Assembly (NCBI GenBank): GCA_010909165.1
Contig: MU008170.1
Coordinates: 1,116,001 to 1,180,000, forward strand
Length of the DNA: 64,000 bases
Direction: 5' to 3'
From: Anthoceros angustus
Taxonomy: Eukaryota > Plantae > Anthocerotophyta
A program made the translations under genes and the position numbers. A model generated the notes under the pieces. That model saw only the letters and a list, made by a program, of their open reading frames with translations, was not told the DNA's origin and searched no databases. Each line of letters opens with the position of its first letter. The stretch's first letter is position 1. Below, piece after piece: positions 12,831 through 23,480 of the stretch.

Positions 12831-13627
12831 GCATGTGTAAACGATATAGGCTCGGAAACCCCTGTTAAAATGTGCCCTGAAGTGAATTTTTTTTTGTTTT
12901 TTTTGCTGAGAGTGGTGTGAAAATAAGTCAGATTGACGGTAGTTGAGGATATTCATAGTAAAAATGTCCTTGGCCTATGGAGTTCTTTTTGTTTTATTGC
13001 CTAGGGTAGATAATAAATGGTCAGGCTTCGGTGTTCCTTGGCCCATGGACCTCGAGATATCCACTACAAGGTCTATATGTCACGAGGTAGGGGTGGTTAT
13101 TTGGGGGTTGTCGGGTCTTGAGTTAAAGGGGTAAACCAGTAGGAGCTGGCGAATGAGTGTGGGGTTGTGGGTGGGGGCGTGGGCGGCGGTGCGTGAAGAC
13201 AACCCGGTGGTAGGGAAGCCAAACTTAACCCTAAGGAAACCGAGTAAAGTGACGAGCGCGTTCAAGCGGGCGCAGCTGGTGGGCGGCAGTGAAGTGGGCG
13301 CAGGGCTGGGCGTGAGGTCGTCGAGGCTGCGATCGAGGCGGGCCGTGATCAGTTGGAGAGCGAGCGGGCGCAATCGTGGCGGAGGGCCGCCTCGAACCCT
13401 CACCAGTGAAGTCGCAACCCCATGGAAGGAAGGCGGTGCGCTGGCTTCTTGGGAGGAGGTAGGAACCACAGGTCGACCTCGCCCAAATTGGCGGTATCAC
13501 CTGTTGAGGGGCGAGACCCGGGGATTGCTGCGGAAGGATGGCGCCCAAAGCCACGGTGAGATTGCGCTTGGCCAAACATGGACCATTGGAAAGTCACTGA
13601 GGCTGGTGAAGGAGCTCGGGCTGGGCT

Positions 13628-14900
13628 TCATGGAGAAGCGGTGGAATTACGCGAATTCGGGACTGGTGCAGGAGTGCGCTCGCCACCTTCACTGTGGGCT
13701 ACTCGATCCTTTGACGACGAATCCATGCGTTGAGTGTTCACCTGCACATGCTCACGGTAATGGGACTTCCCGTGCTGCTTATGGATGTTCGAAGTACTGG
13801 TATGCCCTCTGACCACATTGTGCTCCTCCCAGTAGGCATTGGTGGCAGCATCTCCTTTCATAACTCTTTCGGCCATCTCGTAGGCCTGCTCCAACTCATA
13901 ATCTGCCCCATGTAACATATGCAGAAAGTTGGCAATCACCCTCCTCATCTTCACGCAACCGCAATGTATATTAATTTGCTTCCCTCATGGTTTTCACCTT
14001 GGTGTCTTTCACCAATGCGATCGTGAATCTGCGGATCTTAGGGGCTCATTTGGTTTGATCACAAACTTTGACAACTCTGGATTTTTCAATGGAAGCCATG
14101 GAAACATCTCGGCAAACTTGACGAACATTTCGTCCACCAGATAAGTGATAACCTCAGATTGAGATGAATCCGATGAGCCTGGTTCGTCATCGTCGACCTT
14201 GGCGACTTTCCTTGCCCGTTTCATTCGCAGCAAAGTATGAGCATCCTGCAAAATCTTTTCTTCTGATCCGATAGCGGTTAAAGCTTCACCAGCCAAATGC
14301 TCATCTTTACCATCTCGGTGGTCGGACTTATGTTGAGCACCATCTCATTGATCGCCCACCTAAATTTCTCTTCAAAATCAGCGAGACATACTACTGTGTC
14401 TACCGTGAACACATCATTTTTCTTTGGTTCATACTCCATCCTGGCGCCACCACAACTCTCTTCAAAATCAATGGATCTGATAGGAGTGTGACTCCACTCA
14501 AAATGACCACACATCACGTGGATAGAAATCGTGCAGGATTGGGCTTGGAGTATGTGTGCTTCGTTCGTCCAACCTGACCGTAGCAACACCATCACTGTGA
14601 ATCCCTCCCCCTGCGAGAGACTATGTAAGGCATTCCGTCAAAGTTGGTGTCAGTTCCTCCCCGCGTCCAGTCCGCCAACCATGCCAGTTTGTCGATCACC
14701 TCATTCCAGAGACGTTGCCACAAATCAGCCCGGCTGGCTCCATGGCCCCTCTTGAATGGGTACGCTGCATAAAAGCGGCGATAAATAGTCCAAAGTGCTT
14801 TCACGGCAATCCACCATGGACTTATCTGTATGGTTCACCGTCTTTGGATCATCGACTTCAACGTCCTCCGTTTTCCGCTCGAATCTTGGGCTTCTCTCTC
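13628..14900 (-). pseudogene. Frameshifted ORF of unknown function, TE-associated
   Basis: Four consecutive minus-strand frames (14592-14804, 14278-14595, 14009-14296, 13628-13954) with globular, protein-like composition; the first three abut and the last follows after a short gap. Confidence 0.45.
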
Positions 14901-15587
14901 AAACCCTTCGAGTCACGTTGCTGCCTTGTGTGGCTTCACCAGCAGTGGGGTTGTTGATGTGCAAGAATAACTCTATTTGGAACGGCTCTCCTCCTATGCA
15001 CACACCACAGCTGAATCACACACAAGGTACACCAAAAACGCTTGGGATCTGTATGGCTATTCTCTTGAATCAGACATCAACAATCCACTCCCAATGACGG
15101 ATTGCTGGATTTTTGTAGCCTACACCGCCGCCGATCTTAATCACGGCCCGAATTCCGAAGGCCGTGAAACACGCCCGCGCAGCCTAAGATTCTTGAGCCT
15201 TAATTACGACGATTCGTGATACGGCGTATGGCTCATGTAGCCATGATGCCATCTATCTCTATACTCATGCCATGCATCACGCCATCACATTCACAGTATA
15301 CGCATGCAGTCATGGTTCATGCACCACTTATCCCCACGCACTTATACTGGACACACATACGTTATCACACCCAGACCCTACCTGCCTATCCCAACCTCTA
15401 TATGCCATGACAGTCACCTCCTCCGGTGGAGCTGCCCCTTCCACCGCTCTGTCTCCTTCTCCTGGGGGTACGCCGACGGACCCCCCGGCTCTTCCATCCT
15501 CAGCCAAGCCTTCACGGCCCGGCTCATCGAGCCCCATGCGTGTACGCCCTACGCGATGATGTCTGGCGGACTCTCAGGCGTGGGTAG

Positions 15588-17200
15588 TCACCTCAGTGGT
15601 AGGGTGACCCCAGGCGGGTTGTCCCCCCTCCTTGCTCTCCGCGCCATCTTCCCCTTTTGGAGCTGCGGTCTCTCTTTCGTCCCCTGTTTCCTCGGACTCC
15701 TTGGAGTCCATATCACTCGTGGCCTCATCAAAATCTGAGGGCTCCGGCTACACTTGCTGCAGCTCCTTCCTATCATCATCATGAGGACCCAAGGTCCTCC
15801 TCTTGGCCAGACGTAACACCTCGTTATTGGCCTTCAAAATCCTATTGTGGAGATGGGCCCCCAAGCCATGATATTGCATTTGGAGGTCATCGAGCTCTGT
15901 GGGCCATTCTCCATCCTCACACCTACCCTTGTAGGCGTCCCTTGAGGTGGTCAATTCCCTCACCTTCACATGGAGGGTCACATTCTCCTCCCTTGCTTCT
16001 CTCAATTTGGTAGCCAATTTACTTTGAAGGCATAATCCATAAAACCGTCTCTTCCTCCAGCATCACATGTACCACTTTCTTGTGGTGCTCCTCCTCTTGG
16101 GACCTCCTTCGCTCCAGGTCTGCTAGCTGCTGGGCAAGCCCTTCCTTCTCCGCTTGCCACGCACTCCTCTCGCGTTCCGGCTCACGCAATTCTGGTCACA
16201 GATTCCAGCTCGTCGCTTCTCTTCCAAGTTGTACCGGGTCCTCCGCAATTCCTCTTCCATGTCCCGGATTTTGATGGCTTGAGTAGCCATCACTTGCTCT
16301 TGCGCTTCCACTTGCTGGATCGCCTGCTGCTCCCTCCCTAGAGCCTCGGTCTTGCTTCTCCGCTCCTGCTCCAGCTGGGCAAAATGCTCCTCCGCCTTTT
16401 GCCTCCAAGAATCCCATTGGGTTGTTGCCCGGATAGCTCGCTCCTTGGTTTGTGACAACTTTCCCTCGAGGACCTTCTCCGCTCTCCGCTGGTCCACAAG
16501 ATCCCGCTGGAGCTTCTCTACAGCCTTCTCCAACTTGGCTGCCTTCTCATCGGACTCCATGGCCTCCAATTGCCACTTGGTCCCTGCTCTTCGCTCCGTC
16601 ATCTCTTGGGCCTTATAAATTTGCCCGAATCTCCTCCTGGCATGCCCATAGGGAGGCTGTTAGTTCCCTAGCCCCCTTCAAATCCACATGGCTGAGCGCC
16701 TCACAGGCACTCAACAAATACCCTAGGGGCCCCAATTCCGCCCCCATCGACCTCTGGATGGAAATTTCCAACTCCCTTGTACTCCTTGGGCCATCGCGCG
16801 GCGGCGTAGGCCCTCTCACCGTCGCTCCGTACGCCCTTCCACCCAGTGCGGGTGATGGCGGCCTGGGCGCCGCCCGCGGCGCCTCACGCTGCCCCTCCTT
16901 CCTCTTCCCTACCGCCGTAGGCTGCTTGCCTACCGGCGTAGGGTGCCTGCCTACCGCCGTAGGCTGAACCCCTACCGCGGTAGCCTGGTTGCCTACCTAC
17001 CGGGGTAGGCTGCCTCCCCTGAGGTGGCAGTGCCTCCCCTCACGGCACCGAAATGGTGGGACTCCTCCACCCTTGGGCACCCCCCACTGGTGGTAGTCTG
17101 CCCCTCATAGACTACCACCTGGCCCTCCATGGCCGGATCTCGCTCTCCTCCGCCTTGCTCTTCCTGTGGGGGAAAGGCCTCCCACTCTGGCAACCTTGTC
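15588..17200 (-). mobile_element. Extra coiled-coil ORF downstream of the Gypsy integrase
   Basis: Heptad-like E/K/R/Q-rich frames at 16123-16602 and 15748-16017, same strand as pol. Confidence 0.55.
16907..17015. repeat. ~21-bp tandem repeats with palindromic core cctac-N4-gtagg
   Basis: cctaccgccgtagg / cctaccggcgtagg / cctaccggggtagg; a related unit occurs at 22887. Confidence 0.75.
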
Positions 17201-17212
17201 GCCTCCACCTCT

Positions 17213-18345
17213 TCAATCCTGGGTCCCGGTGCGCTTGTGGAGGTCTGTCCTCCCATGGTCTTGATTAGAGCGAACGGCAAAGGCTGCTCTAAGCTTGGCT
17301 GGAGGTACTGCCACCACCTCATAAGGTCCCATCCATCTCAGCCTAAGCTTTCCTGGGAAGTCCAGGTACCGACTATCGTATAGAAGAAGCAAATCCCCGG
17401 CCACGATAACCTCCTGCTTCCTCATCCTTCCGTCATGCCTATCTTTCCTAAGCTCCTGAATTCACTGGGTTTCCTCTAAAGCATCTTCCCTACGTTCCTC
17501 CTGCTCTATGAAAGATTCTAACCTAGCTACCTGGCTATCCTCTACAGTCCTGCGCTCGTCCTCCAGAATCCTATAGGTGGGCACTTTGAATTCCACGGGC
17601 ATCACAGGAGACATGCCATATGTCAGATAATAAGGGGTCTTCTTGGTGGTTACCTTCTCCGCGGTCCTATAAGCCCACAATGCTGAATGTAATTTGGCAT
17701 CCCAATCGTACATGTGTGTTACAGTTACCTTGGTGAGGATTGTGCATAACAACCCATTCGTCTTCTACGTTAATCCGTTCGCTTTGGGGTTGTAAGGGGT
17801 CGTCTTTCGCTGTCGGATGTTGAAGTAGGTGGTTAGAGACTCAACGACGGAGTTGAGGAAATGGGTTCCCCGGTCGCTGACTAATTCTAAAGGACATCCG
17901 TACCTCGTTATAATGTTCTCAAAGAGAAACTTCACCACGGCAGGTGCGTCATCCTTCCTTGTCGCCTCCGTTTCCACCATCTTCGTGCAGTAGTCCGTAG
18001 CCACCAGAATGTACTGCTTCCTCGTCCACTGGGTGGGTGGTTTGATCGATCCAACAAAATCTATTCCCCACTTCTCAAACGGTACTAGCGCTAGTATATA
18101 GGTGAGGGGCCATTGTGTCGACAATGTAGGCCTCCCAACCCTCTGATACGCGTCACACCTCCGAATAAATTCCCACATATCCTTTTGCATAGTAGCCCAC
18201 CAGAAGCCTGCACCTAAGATCTTCTTCACGGTCACCTGTGCCGAATAGTGACCACCGGCCTCTTCTGCATGTAGCGCCTCCGTGACGAGCGCAGCCTCTT
18301 CGACCTCTAGACACCGCCGAATCTTTTCATCTGGGCCAAGCTTGT
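17213..18345 (-). mobile_element. Ty3/Gypsy integrase (HHCC-type N-terminus, rve core, GPY motif)
   Basis: KLGPDEKIRRCL..HAEEAGGHYS; PFEKWGIDFVG; LVSDRGTHF; TPYNPKANGL; LWAYRT; KLRLRWMGPY. Confidence 0.93.
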
Positions 18346-20770
18346 TTCGCAGTGAGGGGAACCACCGGAGCCTTTAAACCATCCTTCTCACTGATGCATA
18401 CTTCCTTCGCCCAAAACTGGGAGGGGCCTCTCCGATGGGGCTCGAAAGTGAGCTCTTCTTTTGCGTCTGGTAGGACCTCGTGCCCATGGATGCGTTGCGG
18501 AATATAGCACACCTCAAGTCGCCTCGAAGCGTCGGTGGCGTCCACAAAGCAAGGCTGCCAAAATGGTTGTTCCGCTCCGAGCATGCATCAAGCACCTCCC
18601 CTTGAAAATGTCTTATGAGCTTCATCATAAGGCCAGGCCTTTGATGCGAACCACCACCGGCTTGTCATTAGAGGTAAACACCTTTTCACCACAATGTCAT
18701 ATGCTATGACCGACCTCCATTATTAAACATTCCATCCATGGCATTCGGCATCATTGTGGCCCTATCCTTGGAACACCCGTCCTTCACACACCACCTCATC
18801 GCGTACTCACGGTTTCAAACCCTCCTTTGTCATTGCTCATGTTTGTCTTGTCCCATACAAATGAAACCATACCTCCTCCACACTTCCTCATAGACTCTCA
18901 CTGTGAGCTTCCTCCACACCATGCATAACGATAATCCGAACTCTTAGCATGTAGTTTTCTCCACAGCTCTGGAACACTATATTCATACTTGTGATGTCCA
19001 TCCTTTTGTCCATAGATCCTATATCAAAACCTCGGGGACATCCATGATCAACAGGGCATAGTTTCGTCCTCTCAAATAACCCCACATATCCGACATTCGT
19101 TTCTCGACGATCGAACACATTTATACATTTTGGGGACATTGAAAACAAAAAGCCCGGCTTCCAGATCTTTGTCGGCCAAATCTCTTTGCTCATTCTCAAG
19201 TCCCTTCCAATTGTTCACTTCGAATATAAAATGTTGGAAATCCTCTGGTAGTTTTGTGAGGTTGTCCACATCCTTCAATTCTTGCCACAAAACACAAGGC
19301 ATTAGAAGGTCCCACGTTCGGGCGGGCGCCCGGCCACCCCCTTCCACAGCCAAGGCGTGGGGTTATGGGACGGTGACCCATTCCCATGTGTGGTGGGAAT
19401 GGGTGCGGGGGCGGCCGTGGCGCCCTCCCCACCTCCATTCCCAATGCATACCAAGCGGAGGAAAACACATAACACTGAGACCCCCTGCATTGAGTCGAAA
19501 CCAGCAAGCATTTCGTCGATGGAGTGATAAGGATATTCTAGCGGACTTCCTCGAGCGATGAGCATCCCAAGTGTTTGGCCATAGCAACTTGGATGATGTG
19601 GAATTTTTTCGCAAGGTAATGTCGTCATCCATCCCTTTCAAATCTATTAGGCCTGCCAAAACCTTCTCCGTAGCGGATATGAGAATCTGCTGCCCACAAT
19701 CACTCGATGGAATACCTTGAAACGACTTCCATGGCTTCGCCAACATGTCCTTCGGCTTCACATATGTTGCATCCACTTTCTTCGACTCTTCGGTCACCTT
19801 CCGTTTCCCTTTTCCCTTCTTGTTTTGTGCCTTACTGTTGTGCCTCTTACGCTCTGGCGGTCACCAGACTTCCCACTTTGAGAAGATCTTGTCTACATTC
19901 TCCCACTTTGCCCTCACGCTTCGCTATGCATAAGATAAGTCCTGTTGTCCACCTTGTTTTGTTTGTAAACATCGTCGTTGCGGGCCTCATCATCCTCAAT
20001 AAGTCCCGGAACCTTGTATAAGTTGAATTTCCAAGTCATCGTCATTTGTACCCCTTGGCGTTTCAATCAAGTTCATCCTACGACTTGCTCTATAAAGACA
20101 TCTTCCTCCGCTTGTCATAATGTGTTGTGATCGGTTGCGAGTACTCTCATCTCCTGCACAGTGAGGCCACAATACACATGTGCCTCCACATATTGGAAGC
20201 ATTTTTTCCCAGGTGAGATGTCTGCCAAATATTTCATTGCTGCATATGTGTGGTTCCCACCTAGGACACCCATGACATATGTCTTTGCCCTGAATTTCTT
20301 CCAGTCCAGAGTGGCGAGCTCAGGGCATTCCGTCGGATCGATCATGCACAGAAGGGGTAAAACTCCTTCTTCAATTCTTCCTTTCGATATCACCCGTGCC
20401 AAATAGTTTGTCCATGCTTCGTCCACCCTTCTTATCTGAGCGTCCGGTGTTAGGTGCGACGCAGGACGTAAATTCTCCAACTTCACAAGAACTGTCTCAG
20501 GAACAACCTTCTTGGCGTATGCAGATTCCCTGATGCATGTCAGCGGGTCCTCATCCCGGATAGCGTCTTCCAATCTTTCCTCGTCCGTCGCGACATGAAC
20601 CGTGCGGATGTCAAGCGACACTATTCCCTCGGCTGTGCCAGCTTTGCGCCTCTTTCTCCTTTTCCCTGTCTAGTTCTTCGCCCCATGCGAATGACCCCAC
20701 TAGGATCTATGGGCCGCGACTCCTTCAGGGACAATACTTTCTTTGGGCGCGGCGGCGCCTTCCGGCTCAT
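18346..20770 (-). pseudogene. Frameshifted ParB-like domain plus beta-class N6-adenine/N4-cytosine DNA methyltransferase gene
   Basis: ParB-like VLGGNHTYAA...VYCGL..EMRVLATDHN (20115-20621); MTase YALLIMDVP/xGFDIGSMD (DVP at 19042-19034), VSFVWDKTN (VWDKTN at 18858-18841), EYAM (18808-18797), HQRPGLMMKLIRHF..GEVLDACS/GTTILAALLCGRH..FE (18645-18520). Confidence 0.7.
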
Positions 20771-20882
20771 CGTCGTTCATGTAGTGGCCAGCTCCTCACA
20801 TGTTTCGAACTTTGTCGGTATTCGGGCCAGCGCCAACCTTCTACAACATTTGGGAACTGGACAAACAAGTTCGGATTAGGTG

Positions 20883-21950
20883 TCACCATGTCCTGGACAC
20901 CTCTTCCTTGCTGGAGGGCGCCACCCGGCCGGCGCCCCGATCCTGATTGAGGATCATACCTAGCTGTCGGGACCTCCATGGACTGCCCAGGCATATTGTA
21001 GTCGAACAAGATATCTGCATCCCTTTGCTCTGCCTGGGCATAAGACTCTTCCAAATCATCATCCGACTGACCAAGAACATCCGGAATTGGCCCATCGTCC
21101 TCATCTTCTGGACCCAATTCACTCCCTTCAGGGTGGGTGCCTCCTCCTCAAGCTCTTGGTGATGAGCAGTACTCCGTCTCAGCGCCATAACCCTCCTGTG
21201 CTCCAGCACAGATTGTGTAATCTCCGCACACACAGAACGGATAAAAGCTCTTCCAACTTGGGCAGCTTGCAAAACAAAACAGATGATTCCACAAAAAGGG
21301 TTATGCATCAACGTTGCTTCCAGGAAGATGACACAGTGCATTGTCGCTAAAATCCGAAACCTTACCGTTTGCTCTCGTCTGCAATCTCGAAACAATTGAA
21401 CCAGCCTTGATGGCTCACATTTCTTTATGACAAGACCATTGAAGCTCACGTGAAAAGTCTTGTACATGTCCACCTCCTGTGGCAATGTATCGAACTTCAT
21501 GCGGTTTAGTGACATAGAGTATGTGGCCTTCAGGTTCTCCTCTTGACATATCTAGGGTTGCCCAAATAACCCAACCCGCTCTGGCTCTTTGATTTGGCAT
21601 GGCATCCTTGTACCCCATAACCCACAGCTTGTATAGTGGCGTCCATACTGTGCCATCATTTGCCGGTTCTTCCTCCTGCACCAGCATCCAATCCTTCTCC
21701 ACAACCACAGTTGGCTGAAGCTGCCCAGAAATACGCTTGATATGCATTGTTTCCTCATAGCTATAAGGAGACTGAATAGGAGCAGGCACAGATTTTTTCT
21801 TCGTCGTGCCAACCTGCTCACCTCCGCCGTCTCCTCTCGTCGTGCTTGCTTTTCTAGAAGTGTGGCTCACAGAACGCACGTGCCCGCCTCCATGACCAAT
21901 TACCGGACCTCCTGTTTGCTGGGGCGGCGCCACCGCAGGAGCGGAATTGA
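20883..21950 (-). pseudogene. Frameshifted ORF of unknown function upstream of the ParB-MTase gene
   Basis: Overlapping frames 21415-21933 and 20883-21515; Trp-rich globular segment followed by an acidic tail. Confidence 0.45.
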
Positions 21951-22069
21951 GGGCTGGTAATTCTCGGTTGTGGGGCGCACTAGGCTCCTCCCCATCTTCA
22001 GAGCCTGTTGCCTTTCCTCTGCTCTTTCCCTTCTTGATTTACGCACGGCGGATCGCGATCGCCGTCGCT

Positions 22070-23480
22070 TCAATCGATGGCATCGGGCGCGGACTCTTCA
22101 TAAGTGCCTTGCTCCATGACGCGGCGACCTCGGCCGGGTCCTACTCGACTTAAGCGTGATGCCGCTCGGCCGAAATCAAAGACACGGTACCATGGCAAAG
22201 GCCTGCCTATCAAAACCTTGTAGCCTAAACCCGACACTGGCCTCATAACGATGTAGGTAAGGTGGAAGGTGAGACCTCCAATCATAGTTGGTATGTTTCT
22301 CAACACTCCCGGCGGCCTCCTCCTTGTTTGGTCGGCCATCCGCAGAAACACTCGGGCCGGGTGAAACTCGGTGAATCAAGGCGTCTGTTGTCTCCTCCAT
22401 CATCAAGTTGACTCGATCCGAATCCAATGGCACATTGGCGCAAGCATCTGCAATTTCAACTTCAATCTGGTGCCCCAAATCAGCGAGTTCGACCACATTT
22501 ACCTCCAGCGCCTTCTCGTTCCCACATCGAGGATTCCCACGATCGCTTCCTTACAATCTTGCGGGGTCTCGGACTCACGCAAGCTATCTCAAGTGACCAC
22601 AAATTCTCGATCAAGCAATCGTCGGCGGAGATCTTATCGACAAGGTTTCCTCCCGTTTACCGTGGTCGATTCCGACCTTATTGGTAAATTTCCCGAATCC
22701 ATGGTCCCTCATATCGGGTGGGACTCCATACCCGGCGGATCAACGACTTCCGGTTCCGCCACCTTCTTCTTCGGATGCTGGGTGAGCCTTTTTAACTCAT
22801 CGTCCAGCATCTCCGCCACTTTGCGGCTGATGCCGGGAGGAAACGCCGATCGTTCCTCCCCTTCGTTGGGCTCTTTCATTTTTCGCCCTACCACGGTAGG
22901 CTGCCTGCCTACCGTGGTGCCGGACCTCAGTGGTGGTCGACTACCCACCGGTGGGGTGGTCACGATCCCGTCGCCCGGACGGACCACGCCCGCATCTCCG
23001 GAGGCCAAGGCGAGTCGTCTCTCACCTTCCTCCTCTTCCTCTCCTCCTGTTTGCGCCGTTTCTCCGACTTCCGGCCCTTCTCCCGCCGTTCCAACCTGGT
23101 GGTTACCTTGGCCACCAGCAATCCTTCATCTGCGCTCATCTCTCCTTCGTACCCTTCTTCCACTATCCCTGATGTCACACAGGATTCATCAAGTTGAACT
23201 CACTTCCCTGCCACAGGCGTCGTAGTCCGCGGTGATCGCGGTTTCGAGGTTGATCAGCTGTTCCTCCGCCCATGAGCTTCGTGAACTGACCCCGGTCGTC
23301 TTTGGTGCCACTACGTGCTCACACCTTGGATCTCCCACCTTATGCCCCAATTCTTTGCATACGGCAAAGGGCACATATCCACCCCCTTTCGAGGTTACGG
23401 GCAATCATTCGAGTAGTGACCGGTGCTCCACAATTGTAACAGCAACCCTGTGGAATCGCCATCAGCCTTTGTGATGGTTC
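22070..23480 (-). mobile_element. Gypsy gag C-terminus (two zinc knuckles) and aspartic protease C-terminal region
   Basis: CYNCG..GHYSNDC and CKELGHKVGDPRC knuckles; LRMADQT..P.GVLRNIP..IGG...LIGRP typical of the retropepsin C-terminal half. Confidence 0.8.

Noticed and set aside
18346-21950. Bacterial contamination as the source of the MTase
   Set aside because: Contiguous with plant Gypsy sequence on both sides, shows the same CWG-linked indel pattern, and has no bacterial operon context; not fully excluded without reads
22371-23225. 284-aa plus-strand ORF
   Set aside because: Antisense to Gypsy gag-protease; Ser/Pro-rich with no motif
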